From the NCBI GenBank assembly GCA_963779615.1, contig CAVZZA010000001.1, positions 352,001 to 416,000 on the forward strand: a DNA stretch of 64,000 nucleotides, read 5' to 3'. Origin of the DNA: an uncultured Nitrososphaeraceae archaeon (GTDB taxonomy: Archaea; Thermoproteota; Nitrososphaeria; Nitrososphaerales; Nitrososphaeraceae). The position numbers and the translations under genes are program-made. Every line of letters begins with the position of its first letter. The stretch's first letter is position 1. The notes beneath the pieces were generated by a model, which made no database searches, was not told where the DNA came from, and saw nothing but the letters and a program-made list of their open reading frames with translations. Of this stretch, positions 21,593 to 32,581 are shown piece after piece.

Positions 21593-22717
21593 TTACTCTA
21601 CGAAAGGATTTTGAAAAGAAGATATGATTTGAGAGATTTCAAAACGCATGAGGTGATTAGGCGGTACTTCTCTCGATAAAAACATTTTCCTCATTTTAGT
21701 GCCGCTTAATTCTTCTTTGAAATTTGAATCATGAGGGCAAGTTCTTTCATTTGCAAAATTCTCACATCTTTTACAATAATAAAAAGCAGGAAAAAATATC
21801 GGCTCTATTTCGAGATCCGGATAATCCTCAAAAATATCATGGGCAGCAAATGGAGCATAATAATCACCTACCCCAGCGTGATCTCTTCCTATTATAATAT
21901 GAGAACAGCCAAAGTTTTTGCGCATGATGGCATGATGAATTGCTTCTTTTGGCCCTGCATATTTCATTTCAGTATGTAAAGTGGAGAAAATAATTTTTGA
22001 TTTTGGGTAATAGTTATCTATTAGAGCACGATATGACTCCAAAATTACCTCATCTTTAAAATCTCCAGGCTTTTTTTTACCTATCAAAGGATTGATAAAT
22101 AAACCATCATAGATATTTAGCACAGCTTTCTGTAACATTTCATGCGCAACATGTGGAACATTTCTTGTCTGAAACCCTACAATACTTTTCCATCCACGAT
22201 TACTAATTTCGTTTCTGACTTGTGATGGCACCAAACGGATATTATCCAAATTGATGGTATTCAATGTTTTAACTTCCCCCGCAACAAGGGTGTCCCTCAT
22301 TTTAAGATAACTACCTACCCCAGGATGATATCGATCATCTGTTTGAAAGACCGACTTTGCTGATTGGAGTTTGTCAAAGGCATACAAATCCTTTGCATAC
22401 AATATTCCAAATATTTCACCATTATACCGTAAAGCAACCTCTGATTCATCTTTAACTTTTTTAGCAACATCATTATCCATATCCAGCACAATAGGAATTG
22501 TCCAAGGCAAACCGTTACTAAGGCGTCCTTGTTTTAAAACACTGAGAAAGTCATCCTCACCCATAAAACCATTTAATGGACTGAAAATACCAAAAGAGAT
22601 ATTTTCTGCTTCTTTTTTTAACCCAAGGTCTACATCCAATACAAACAAATCATCATCAATTTTAGATGAATCAAGAAAACTATTTACAAGAGTACCACCA
22701 TGTGGTTTTGGCATCAT
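21593..22717 (-). CDS. sat: sulfate adenylyltransferase
   Basis: PHGG, FQTRNVPHVAHE, YAGPKEA, GRDHAGVG, SGTKMR. Confidence 0.97.
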   Translation of the reverse strand: MMPKPHGGTLVNSFLDSSKIDDDLFVLDVDLGLKKEAENISFGIFSPLNGFMGEDDFLSVLKQGRLSNGLPWTIPIVLDMDNDVAKKVKDESEVALRYNGEIFGILYAKDLYAFDKLQSAKSVFQTDDRYHPGVGSYLKMRDTLVAGEVKTLNTINLDNIRLVPSQVRNEISNRGWKSIVGFQTRNVPHVAHEMLQKAVLNIYDGLFINPLIGKKKPGDFKDEVILESYRALIDNYYPKSKIIFSTLHTEMKYAGPKEAIHHAIMRKNFGCSHIIIGRDHAGVGDYYAPFAAHDIFEDYPDLEIEPIFFPAFYYCKRCENFANERTCPHDSNFKEELSGTKMRKMFLSREVPPNHLMRFEISQIISSFQNPFVE

Positions 22718-22760
22718 ATAACATAATAATAATGGTTATTTCTTTTTTTCTAGGCGAATT

Positions 22761-23501
22761 CTAATTTTTGTTCCAATGCAATCCGCATTCTTTGTGTAGA
22801 TCATTTTCCCACCACCATCGCCCTGATCGCATATCATCTTCTGGGGATATCGCGCGGGTGCAAGGGGCACAACCAATACTCGGATATCCTTTATCATGTA
22901 ATTTATTGTAGGGTATGTCGTTCTTTTTTATATGATCCCAAACCATGTCATTTGTCCAGTCCACCAGTGGATTAATTTTGATAACACCATGATTGGCTGA
23001 ATCTATTTCGACCTTTTTAGCATTTGCTCTCGTAAAAGTTTGATCTCGCCTCAAACCAGTTATCCAAGCATCCAAAGTTCTCAGAATTCTTTTCAAAGGG
23101 TGTATTTTTCGGACTTCACAACATAGCTTTCTATTTGGAACACTTTGGTACATCAAATTTATTCCCTTTTCATAAACCATTTCCTCAACCTCCAAATAAT
23201 CTGGGAATAATGTCTCTATAGATATTTGATATTTTTTTTTTATTTGATCCATAACATCATAGGTTTCTGGATTAAGTCTACCCGTATCCAAAGTAAAAAT
23301 TCTTGCATTACTTTTATCAATTTTGACCATTAAATCTATCAAAACTACGTCTTCAGCACCAAAACTAGACGCAAATGCAATTTTTGGGGAAAACTGTTCG
23401 AGCGACCAGGATAAAATATCATAAGCATTTTTTGTTTCAAATCCATCAAAATCTGTAGAAATGGATTTAGCAAAATTTGTTTTATTATCACCATTCAACA
23501 T
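22761..23501 (-). CDS. cysH: APS/PAPS reductase (CC...CxxC Fe-S type)
   Basis: SSFGAED, LDTG, CCEVRK, YPSIGCAPCT, RSGRW, KECGLH. Confidence 0.95.
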   Translation of the reverse strand: MLNGDNKTNFAKSISTDFDGFETKNAYDILSWSLEQFSPKIAFASSFGAEDVVLIDLMVKIDKSNARIFTLDTGRLNPETYDVMDQIKKKYQISIETLFPDYLEVEEMVYEKGINLMYQSVPNRKLCCEVRKIHPLKRILRTLDAWITGLRRDQTFTRANAKKVEIDSANHGVIKINPLVDWTNDMVWDHIKKNDIPYNKLHDKGYPSIGCAPCTRAISPEDDMRSGRWWWENDLHKECGLHWNKN

Positions 23502-23662
23502 ATGAATAAATAACCGTTTAACTCTTATAACTATTATTACAATAAAGTCTAAACATCCATTAACAAAAATTCATTATTTGTCACTAAAGCAATAATTTTA
23601 TCAAAGTTATTATAGTTTATTAAGAAGTATAGAGAAGTTATTAAAGCTCGTGGTGGAAAAGT

Positions 23663-25006
23663 CTGGAATTAGAAAATAAATGGAATTTATTTACAAAATA
23701 TCATAAAATAGGATTTGATCCTTTAAGATGGTTACCAGAATGCTCAAACGAGTTAAAATATAGTGTGTTAAGCGCTTTATCCGAAGAACTTAAAAGAAAC
23801 AATTTAAAAATCAGCCCAAACTATTACAGTTATTTCCACTATCCAGAAAAAAAATTTATAGAAATAATAAGAAGGCTGTATAGATCAAATGAAGAATTAA
23901 AGGCAGAGGACCTGAAAACAAAAAAAGCCATTTCAATAATGAAATGGGACAAAAATACAGTCTACGATAACAATCTGTTGATAAAAAAGATAAAAAAAAT
24001 TTCTGAAAGACTGAAAACCAAGGTAGAAATAGAAAAAGTTTCTATTATACCAACAAATAGTAACGAAGATTTTCAGTTCACGCTATTTGATCATATTAAA
24101 ACTCAAAGGGGAAACAGATCTGGCTATACCGTTGTTACTGCATCCAACACTCAAGCTACAGACGTTAGCCAAGACATAGAATCCCCAATCCATATGGAAA
24201 TATCACTAACAGAGTCTATAAATTTATTAAATTTAGTAGGGTCTTCAACGGATACAAGACTTTTTCCTATCTATGATGCACCCAATGATGATCTTCTAGA
24301 CAAGATTAGAAAAAATATAGATAATTTTACAGTAAAATACAACTATTCGTTTGAAGACTATAGTTCATTAAAACTAAACAGTCTCTTTTTTGGCACAACA
24401 GCTACCGGTAACACACACAAAGAGATTCCAAACAGGTTTGATTTGATAAAAGAAGATACACAGATAATAATTACTGACAAATTGGGTCTTTTAGCGTGCC
24501 TTAGTTTATACATAATTACAACCATTAATGAAAAAATATTCGAAAAATTAAACAAAAATGGCATACAAGAAACCAAATTAAAAGAGCTAAAAGATCTGGC
24601 TATCAAAAATCTAACCGAACCAAAGACTTCACTAGGTAAAACAATAACAAAGTTTTTACCGGACTTTGAAACCGAGTTTGACATTCAATCACACATACTA
24701 GCTACATACCCCATTTCGAAAAATGGGATTTCATCCTTCTATGAAATCTCAAAATTGACCAAAAGTGAATTAATCATAGACAATGTTCCTGTAATTGATA
24801 AAGACATTGCAAATTTTGTGTCAAAAGAATTTTTGATATCTAATTCCACAGCCTCAACACCCAATACCAACATGATTTTAGTATCCAAAGAACTATCTTC
24901 AACAGTTATTGATGAATTGAATAAAAGTAAGTTTAATCCCAGAGTTATCGGAAGGATTGGAAAAATGGGGGCAACGGGAATCACTTTTAACAAAAAGAAC
25001 GAGTAA
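23663..25006 (+). CDS. selenophosphate-synthetase-like (SelD-like/AIR synthase fold) protein; frame extends upstream to a CTG at 23663
   Basis: open frame from 23645: LELENKWNLFTKYHKIGFDPLRWLPECSNE..., then conserved-looking TQATD, PIYDAP, FGTTATG. Confidence 0.65.
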   Translation: MELENKWNLFTKYHKIGFDPLRWLPECSNELKYSVLSALSEELKRNNLKISPNYYSYFHYPEKKFIEIIRRLYRSNEELKAEDLKTKKAISIMKWDKNTVYDNNLLIKKIKKISERLKTKVEIEKVSIIPTNSNEDFQFTLFDHIKTQRGNRSGYTVVTASNTQATDVSQDIESPIHMEISLTESINLLNLVGSSTDTRLFPIYDAPNDDLLDKIRKNIDNFTVKYNYSFEDYSSLKLNSLFFGTTATGNTHKEIPNRFDLIKEDTQIIITDKLGLLACLSLYIITTINEKIFEKLNKNGIQETKLKELKDLAIKNLTEPKTSLGKTITKFLPDFETEFDIQSHILATYPISKNGISSFYEISKLTKSELIIDNVPVIDKDIANFVSKEFLISNSTASTPNTNMILVSKELSSTVIDELNKSKFNPRVIGRIGKMGATGITFNKKNE

Positions 25007-25090
25007 AAAGTAAAAATTGGTCAATACACAAGAAAAATGAAACCTTTTGACAATTATTGGTTGTGGATGATAAAAAGAGTTATTCCCAAG

Positions 25091-25576
25091 TTATTCCCAA
25101 GATGTACCCTTTAATTTAGAATACCTTAAAAATGCTTTATTTTTATCCAGACCAGAAGTGTTAGCATCAGTTAAATTTGCCTCAACAAATATTGTTTTAT
25201 TTATAATGCTTCCACGCAGATCGGATCTCTCCAAATCACCGCACATAAAATTAGCATTATCCAAATTACTTTTAGTTAGAAATGAATCCTTTAAATTAGC
25301 ATACATCATCAATGCATTAGATAAATCTGCACCGTCGAACTTTGAGTTCATTAAATTTGATTGAACCAAATTTGTGGTCCTTAGCCTGGAATTGGAAAAG
25401 TCAGAATTAATAAAAGAAACTCCATTAGTATATGCATTGGATATATCCATATTAGAAAAATCCTCTCCATCAAATACTAACTTTAGTGTAAGATTTTTCA
25501 TTCTCCATTCATTAAATTCATCAATCTGTTCATTTTGAAGCAATAACAATCCTTCGGCTTGTTTTGACTCGGACAT
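25091..25576 (-). CDS. pentapeptide repeat protein
   Basis: ADLSN/ANLKD/SNLDN/ANLTD pentapeptides. Confidence 0.9.
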   Translation of the reverse strand: MSESKQAEGLLLLQNEQIDEFNEWRMKNLTLKLVFDGEDFSNMDISNAYTNGVSFINSDFSNSRLRTTNLVQSNLMNSKFDGADLSNALMMYANLKDSFLTKSNLDNANFMCGDLERSDLRGSIINKTIFVEANLTDANTSGLDKNKAFLRYSKLKGTSWE

Positions 25577-25676
25577 ACAAATATCTTTTGCAATATCAAT
25601 ATTAATTTGTTGATTTCAAAAATGCATCAAATGATTATGACATCAACGACATCCAACTTGGAAAAACAAATAAATA

Positions 25677-26123
25677 TCAACCACCAGTCATTTTTGTAAA
25701 TTTATTGTTTCGTTTTACATAAGAAACATAATCAAGATTAGCAAGAGCAACCATAGCTGATTCTTGTACCTCTTGGCGTTCATCATCTAGGGCCCGTTTT
25801 AAGGTATTTCGAGACGCCTCGGATGCAATAACGCCTAAAGCAATAGCTGCTTCATGCCTTACAAAAAAGCTTGGATCAGATAAAACTGCCCTGGACAGAG
25901 CATTTATTCCGCTAGCATAGCCTAGCTGGCCAAGTGAGAAAGCTGCCTCGTGTCTTACTAAATGATCGTTATCGTTTAATAACACATCCCCAATTGATTC
26001 AACTGCACTTTCCCCAGAAATATCTGCAAGAATACAAACCGCTCTTGTCCTTACAACGTAATCCTCATGCCTTAACAATTTTTCAAAATAATCCTCATCT
26101 TGCAAATCAAAGTGCTTTTCCAT
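25677..26123 (-). CDS. HEAT/PBS-lyase repeat protein with two RHE motifs
   Basis: VRHEAAFSLGQ, VRHEAAIALG. Confidence 0.85.
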   Translation of the reverse strand: MEKHFDLQDEDYFEKLLRHEDYVVRTRAVCILADISGESAVESIGDVLLNDNDHLVRHEAAFSLGQLGYASGINALSRAVLSDPSFFVRHEAAIALGVIASEASRNTLKRALDDERQEVQESAMVALANLDYVSYVKRNNKFTKMTGG

Positions 26124-26243
26124 ATCAAGTAATAAGTGTACCTCTATTTTCCAACTGGATTATCAAAATAACAATCATTTATAATGGTTTTGCAAAGAAG
26201 GTTTTTCAAGTATTAAATATAGCTATTCATCCAAAGAGATACT

Positions 26244-26702
26244 ATGCGTGTAAGGTATTGGAGGCTTAATTTTGATGATTTAAAAAATGGCGAATATCCT
26301 GTAGAAAAGGTTAACCATTGGGAGATAAAATGCCTGCAAGGGGAGTATGAACATTTTGGAGTATTCTGGTACAAATACGGAACTCCATTTGATAAAGAGC
26401 CTGTAAATGGAGTATGCTTTTATTATAATGACATACCTTTGACCAAGGTTGAAGATATCGCCAATTTTTTGCATTCTAAGTTTGGAGGAAAAATAGCCTA
26501 TAGACAAACGCGGGTATTTTTGCAGGGCTCAAAAGAATTTGCAGACAAACAATCAATAGGCAATTTAGCAGAAGAATTAAGTTCAAGGTATAGCGCGCCT
26601 ATTGAAATGACAATGGAATTTGAGAAAATAGATAAAGAGACGCAGGAGAAGATCATAACACTTCCCCTAAACAAGGCTTTACCCATTGTAGGCCCAGACT
26701 GA
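26244..26702 (+). CDS. conserved hypothetical protein
   Basis: 152-aa ORF, TATA-like element upstream. Confidence 0.75.
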   Translation: MRVRYWRLNFDDLKNGEYPVEKVNHWEIKCLQGEYEHFGVFWYKYGTPFDKEPVNGVCFYYNDIPLTKVEDIANFLHSKFGGKIAYRQTRVFLQGSKEFADKQSIGNLAEELSSRYSAPIEMTMEFEKIDKETQEKIITLPLNKALPIVGPD

Positions 26703-26787
26703 CCAATAATCGGGCTGCTGCTACATATAGAGGTGTAAGATACCTATATATTATTTGGGTTTTACCTTTTAATACGCCTTATAACCA

Positions 26788-27621
26788 ATGGATAAAGAAG
26801 GTAGTTTGATAGAAAAAAAATTGAGGGGTTCTGGTGGGTACACCATTGCCAAGGTTAACGACAATGAGCAGAGAATGGCAAATTTGGGCGGTCCTGAATT
26901 ATTTTTAGCTGGAATAGGAAGGCTGGAAACTGACAGGTTTGTTAAATACCATTGCAATAAATGCGAAAAAGATTACCAAGGAGCTCCAAACATTCAATTT
27001 GAGAACCCTAATGAAGATTTAGGTGAAAACATAATATTAATTGAAAAAGGAGAATACAAATGCAAATTGTGTGATTATACCATTGCACAATACAGAAAAT
27101 TTAACGAGGCAAAGGAAAACAATGTTATTTCACAAGATAATAATGGTACAGAGGGAAAAACAGAGACAAAAGAAGAGCCATTGAAAAAATCAGCATCATC
27201 AGACGATCAAAAGACAAGAACAAGCCCGACAAATAACAACTCTAGAACAAGTGATCTAGAAATTGGGTACAGTCCAATTGAAAAAATAATAGGCATGTCC
27301 ACCTATAATAATAATGCACAATTAGTTGGTAAAATAAGCGAAATAGGTTTGAGAAAAACCTCGGAAGGAAAAGTTCAATTCAGTTTTAAAACAATCAACT
27401 CAAACAATGAAATCATGGAAGTTGAATGGGAAAATATCGACAAAATAGGAGACATAGTCATCTTGCATGATAAAGGTATTGACAACGAAGCGCACCCCAT
27501 TAAAGAAAAGACGGACACTAATAAAACAGTAGACCAGGATCATAAGATATGTGCGTATTGTAACCATAAAAATGACATAGAGTCTCTATTCTGTGAAGAA
27601 TGCGGTAAAAAAATAGAATAG
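26788..27621 (+). CDS. zinc-ribbon + PRC-barrel domain protein
   Basis: CNKC/CKLC, IIGMSTYNNNAQLVGKISEI...WENIDKIGDIVIL, C-terminal CAYC/FCEECG. Confidence 0.8.
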   Translation: MDKEGSLIEKKLRGSGGYTIAKVNDNEQRMANLGGPELFLAGIGRLETDRFVKYHCNKCEKDYQGAPNIQFENPNEDLGENIILIEKGEYKCKLCDYTIAQYRKFNEAKENNVISQDNNGTEGKTETKEEPLKKSASSDDQKTRTSPTNNNSRTSDLEIGYSPIEKIIGMSTYNNNAQLVGKISEIGLRKTSEGKVQFSFKTINSNNEIMEVEWENIDKIGDIVILHDKGIDNEAHPIKEKTDTNKTVDQDHKICAYCNHKNDIESLFCEECGKKIE

Positions 27622-27628
27622 GATCATC

Positions 27629-29743
27629 TCAGTTATTTGAAAGTCCGATTCTCACATCCACAACCCTTGAGCCTTTTCCTTCCTCTAGTACCAATAGGGG
27701 GTTTATGTCAAACTCTTCAATTTCAGGGAAATCAACAACCAGTTGGGACAAGCGCAGCAAGCAATCAACTATAGACGACAGATCGGAAGGCCTTTCGCCC
27801 CTGGCACCTTTTAACAAATCAATGGTTTTTATAGAATTAACCATGTCTTTTGCTTCTGGTTCAGAGATTGGCGCCAGTCTAAAGTTTACATCCTTTAAAA
27901 TTTCAACATAAATACCACCCAAACCAAACATTAGTAACGGTCCAAATAATTTGTCTTGTTTGGACCCAAGGATTGTCTCCCTTGATTTGGTTATCATTTC
28001 CTGAACGAGAATACCCTTAATATCCGCATTAGGGTGGCGGTCTTTTACATTAGACAGTATCAAATTAAAAGCATCTTTTACCTCGGCGTCATTTTTTAGC
28101 CCAACCCTTACGCCCCCCGAATCTGATTTGTGTATTACGTCTTTAGACGATATCTTCATCACCACAGGATAGCCAATGCTGTTTGAGGCGTTTACCGCAT
28201 CATTTTCATCATTTACAAGTATACTTTTAGGGACAGGAAACCCATATGCTTTAAGCACCTCATAACCCTCGTCTTCCAAAAGATTTGAACGTCCCTGCCT
28301 TTTTACATCCAACAAAATATCTTTAACCTTTTGTTTGTCTACAGGATACGATTTTACAGGCTCATTTTTGATATTTAGCCATCTGCTAAATCTATACATG
28401 GATTCAAGCGTTCGTATAGCTGGTTCGGCATACATAAAATGCGGTATTCCGCCTTCTGACAATATCTGTTTATTTTCCAACCCTTCAGCTAGACCCATCA
28501 AAGCCGCCAACATAGTTTTCCCCGTATTTTTTGAGGTTTTGATTACTGTTCTAGCCAATTCATTATAATCCAAAGTTGCCGATGGGGTGCACATTGTAAC
28601 AACCGATCCAACATTAGGATTGGACAAGATTTCCTGAAGAACCTTTTCGAATCTGTTATAATCCGCATCGCCTACAATGTCAATAGGGTTTCTTGAGGAG
28701 CCATGAGGAGGAATAACTTTGGATATAAAATCCTTAGAATCAGAAATGTCCGCCATTTGTAGTCCATATTTTGAGCAGGAGTCCGTCGATATAATTGCCG
28801 GTCCACCAGCATTAGAAACAATAACAACACCTTTACTATTCACAGGTAATGGTTGTTTGGAAAAGGCAGTGGCCAATTCAAATAGTTCCTGCATAGTATC
28901 TACCCGAATAACGCCGGATTGTTTAAAAACTGATTCGTATATCTCATCCGATCCCATCAGTGCGCCTGTATGGGACATAGCGGCTTTTGCACCTTCAGGA
29001 GTTCTACCAGCCTTTAAAACAATTATTGGTTTTCTTTTTTCAAAAGTAATCCTTTTTGCCACATTCATAAATCTACGGCCATCACGAATATCCTCTAAAT
29101 ACATCACAATTACTTTTGTGGATGGATCATCTTCAAGTAGTTCAAGAATATCGTTTTCATCCATATCAACTTTGTTTCCCATGCTAATTACTTTTGAAAA
29201 GCCTATTCCTTGAGCCATTGCGTCCTCCACCGTAGCCGCACAAATAGCACCGCTTTGAGAAACCAATGCGATTTCTCCATATTTAGGGGTAATTTTTAAA
29301 AATGTCAGATTCACAAGGTTTTGTTCTGTCAGGCTCATTATTCCAAGGCAATTCGGCCCTATTATTCTAATTCCATAGTGTTTTCCTATATCCTTAATTA
29401 TTTCCTCGAGTTTAGCGCCAGACTCATCCACTTCTCTAAAGCCAGCTGAAACAATTATTGATGCCTTTATTTTTTTTTTACCTATTTCTTCCATAACCGA
29501 AGGCACAATTTTACTTGGGGTTGCCACAACTGCCAAATCAATATCATCAACTACATCCAGGACACTTTTGTATGCCTTTATTCCAAATACAGAAGGACTG
29601 GTGGGCGTAACAGGGTAAATTTTCCCATTGTAACCATTTTTAATGTTTAAAAAAATGGCCTTTCCCACTCCAGGTCTTTCCGAGGCTCCTACTATTGCAA
29701 TAGAAGTTGGCGAAAGAAAAATATCTTTTATATTTTCAGGTAC
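27629..29743 (-). CDS. 4-hydroxybutyryl-CoA synthetase (ADP-forming), 3HP/4HB cycle; start ambiguous
   Basis: SPTSIAIVGAS, GPNCLG, SQSGA, AAMSHTGAL, HKSDSGGV; resembles recalled Nmar_0206; frame open 25 codons upstream of the GTG at 29668. Confidence 0.8.
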   Translation of the reverse strand, partial: VPENIKDIFLSPTSIAIVGASERPGVGKAIFLNIKNGYNGKIYPVTPTSPSVFGIKAYKSVLDVVDDIDLAVVATPSKIVPSVMEEIGKKKIKASIIVSAGFREVDESGAKLEEIIKDIGKHYGIRIIGPNCLGIMSLTEQNLVNLTFLKITPKYGEIALVSQSGAICAATVEDAMAQGIGFSKVISMGNKVDMDENDILELLEDDPSTKVIVMYLEDIRDGRRFMNVAKRITFEKRKPIIVLKAGRTPEGAKAAMSHTGALMGSDEIYESVFKQSGVIRVDTMQELFELATAFSKQPLPVNSKGVVIVSNAGGPAIISTDSCSKYGLQMADISDSKDFISKVIPPHGSSRNPIDIVGDADYNRFEKVLQEILSNPNVGSVVTMCTPSATLDYNELARTVIKTSKNTGKTMLAALMGLAEGLENKQILSEGGIPHFMYAEPAIRTLESMYRFSRWLNIKNEPVKSYPVDKQKVKDILLDVKRQGRSNLLEDEGYEVLKAYGFPVPKSILVNDENDAVNASNSIGYPVVMKISSKDVIHKSDSGGVRVGLKNDAEVKDAFNLILSNVKDRHPNADIKGILVQEMITKSRETILGSKQDKLFGPLLMFGLGGIYVEILKDVNFRLAPISEPEAKDMVNSIKTIDLLKGARGERPSDLSSIVDCLLRLSQLVVDFPEIEEFDINPLLVLEEGKGSRVVDVRIGLSNN

Positions 29744-29829
29744 TCAATAAAAAGTTTAATAGTCGTTGGTTATAAAAATATAACAAAAAAATCTAGTTTT
29801 TATATCAATAAACCATATCAAAACAATTA

Positions 29830-31220
29830 TTGAATGAGCATATGGACACGATTTTGAATGTCGATACCAACAAATTATTGGATGATCTTGTAAGACTGAT
29901 CAGAATTCCAAGTGTTTCTGCAAGGAATCAAAATTTAGAAGAGTGCGCCAAAGAGGTGGCACAAATTATGAAAGAAATTGGAATAGATTCAGAATTAATA
30001 TATTTTGATGAGGGGGACAAAAATGCTGGTCCGCTGCTCCACCAATAGTGTATGGAGAAGTAAAATCAAAATCAAATCCAAATGGAAAAACAATTTTGTT
30101 TTATAATCACTATGATGTTCAACCAGAGGACCCATTGGATTTATGGGACTGTAATCCATTTGAAGGAATAGTTAAAGGGGATAAAATTTTCGGAAGGGGC
30201 GCTTCGGATGACAAAGGAGAACTAATAACAAGATTAAACGCGGTAGAGTATTTCCTAAAACAAACAGGAGATGTCCCAGTTAACATAAAGTTTTTGGTAG
30301 AAGGCGAAGAGGAGGTTGGAAGTAATAGCATTTCAAAGTTTATAAACAAAGACAAAAAAAAATTCAAAACAGATCTGGTTATATGGGAATTTGGGTATAT
30401 CGACCAAAGAGAGCGTCCGATAATAAGCCTGGGCATGAAGGGGTTATTGTATGTGGAAATGACTGCTACTGGCCCCTCAAGGGACGTTCATTCAAGCTTG
30501 GCGGTATTGATTGAGAATCCCGCATGGAAGTTAGTCCATGCGCTATCATCATTGGTTAATGAAACGGGGACAATATTGATTGAGGATTGGTACGATGAAG
30601 TTAAAAAATTAACAGATGAAGAAATCACAATGATAAAGAATGAACCATTTGATGAAGAAAGTTTCAAAAAAGAATACGGAATCAGTAAATTTATCAACAA
30701 TATTGATGAAAAGGACATCAAAAAAGCACTTGTAAGCGAACCAACCTGCAACATTACTGGGTTGATTTCAGGATATACGGGAGAGGGAGCCAAAACAATA
30801 ATACCATCCAAGGCGTCGGTAAAAATAGATTTTCGATTGGTTCCCGACATGGATCCGGACCTTCAGTTTGAAAGATTAAAAAAACACCTGGAGAAAAACG
30901 GATTTGGAGACATTCAAATTACAAGGATCCACGGAGAGGCTGCTGGCAGAACAGACATAAACAATCATTATGTAAAGTTAGTTCAAGAGTCTGCAAACAG
31001 AGTTTTTGGAGAGTCAATAATATCTGTTTCTTCCGCAGGCACTGGCCCAATGTATGAATTTATTAATTTACTAAAAGTTCCCTGCATATCTATCGGCGGA
31101 ACATACATATTTTCCAGAATTCACTCCCCAAATGAATACGCCAGAATCGATCTGCTTGAAAAAACCACAAAGTGCATGATAACAATCATTGACAAAATAT
31201 CAAAAATCCAAAGTTATTGA
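29830..31220 (+). CDS. M20/DapE-ArgE family metallopeptidase, split by a frameshift near 30031
   Basis: RIPSVSA, YNHYDVQP, GRGASDDKG, EGEEE, HSPNE; adding one base joins GP-AAPPIVYGE. Confidence 0.88.
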
Positions 31221-31259
31221 ACTTATTATTTTTACTTATAAGTATGAAATGAGTTTTTA

Positions 31260-32135
31260 TTGACATTGGGTACTGAATATCATGACGACTACCTTATAAA
31301 AGACTGGGAGAAAAGCGTAGTAAAAAAAGTAAATGAAAAAGAGACAATAAAAGAAATTTCAGAGTATGCTCTACATCTCGCAAGAATTATCAACTATCCA
31401 AATCTAAACATTGATTATCACATAAAGCAGATTGAAGAGACAGGCGAAGAACTAAAGAGGAGGATAAAAAATCCAAAAGAGTTGAGACCTACTCACATTA
31501 TTGAAAAATTTAACGAGTTTTTTTTCGAGGATAAAAAATTTCAGCCAAACATCAATGATTATTACAACCCTGTCAACAATTACTTAAACATAGTTTTAGA
31601 GAAGAGGACAGGAATTCCAATAACTTTGTCTTTAATTTATATTCATTTGGCAAGTTTTTTAAATTTTGACCTGCAGCCAGTAAATTTTCCCTCACATTTT
31701 TTAGTAAAATACGTATTTGATGCAGATTTAAACGAAAACATAATAATTGATCCATTCAACAAAGGGAGAATTATTGATGACTACATACTTCAAGATTTAC
31801 TAAATAAAATAAACCCCAAATTGAATATTTCCGTCTCCAACAACATATTAGAAAAGGCAAGCACCTCTCAAATTTTAATCAGATTATTGAATAATTTAAA
31901 GAACGGGTATATAGAGGTGGATGACCTGGAGAAGGTCGAAATAATAAACGAGATGATATTGTCATTAGACAGGTTTAATCCGGAAGCGATAAGAGACAAG
32001 GGAATATTGTTGTACAGGTATAAAAAATTAAAAGAATCTCTACAAAGCTTTTACAAATACATAGAATTAAATCCGGAAGCAGAAGACATTGACAAGATTT
32101 TAGATTTAATAAGGCAGATAAGAGATACAACATAA
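31260..32135 (+). CDS. SirB1/transglutaminase-like protein with TPR
   Basis: YYNPVNNYL, RTGIPITL, NFPSHFL, IDPFN, RLLNNLK, RDKG. Confidence 0.9.
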   Translation: MTLGTEYHDDYLIKDWEKSVVKKVNEKETIKEISEYALHLARIINYPNLNIDYHIKQIEETGEELKRRIKNPKELRPTHIIEKFNEFFFEDKKFQPNINDYYNPVNNYLNIVLEKRTGIPITLSLIYIHLASFLNFDLQPVNFPSHFLVKYVFDADLNENIIIDPFNKGRIIDDYILQDLLNKINPKLNISVSNNILEKASTSQILIRLLNNLKNGYIEVDDLEKVEIINEMILSLDRFNPEAIRDKGILLYRYKKLKESLQSFYKYIELNPEAEDIDKILDLIRQIRDTT

Positions 32136-32310
32136 GGGAACAATAAACACAATTACACCATAAAAGCAATCCAAGTCAGGCAAACAATTCCCAACCATAC
32201 ACACAATGTATTAAATCACCATCATCCAATCAACAAAGAGGCACGTTACAAACGCAAAAAGGCTGATGTAGTTACGAAAAATCAAATGTACAAAAAAATA
32301 ACAGTATAAA

Positions 32311-32466
32311 TCAAACATTCTTGTTTATCTTAAGGTATAATTCTTTAGCATTTTTTCTGGCTTCTTCAGTAATTTCTTCATTGAAAATAGTATTGCTTAA
32401 AGAGTCCAAAACTATTTGCCATTCCCTTACACTCAACAGGATACTCTTTTTATCAGCACTGTCCAT
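32311..32466 (-). CDS. small hypothetical protein
   Basis: MDSADKKSILLSVREWQIVLDSLSNTIFNEE. Confidence 0.5.
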   Translation of the reverse strand: MDSADKKSILLSVREWQIVLDSLSNTIFNEEITEEARKNAKELYLKINKNV

Positions 32467-32581
32467 ATCAAATTTTTTTATGGTCTGTAATAAAACTCTA
32501 TTTACACAATCCATCTATAAATAGTATCACAGTCACTTTTACTAGCAAAAAGTAATTGAGAGAAAATCCTGTATTGCAGTG

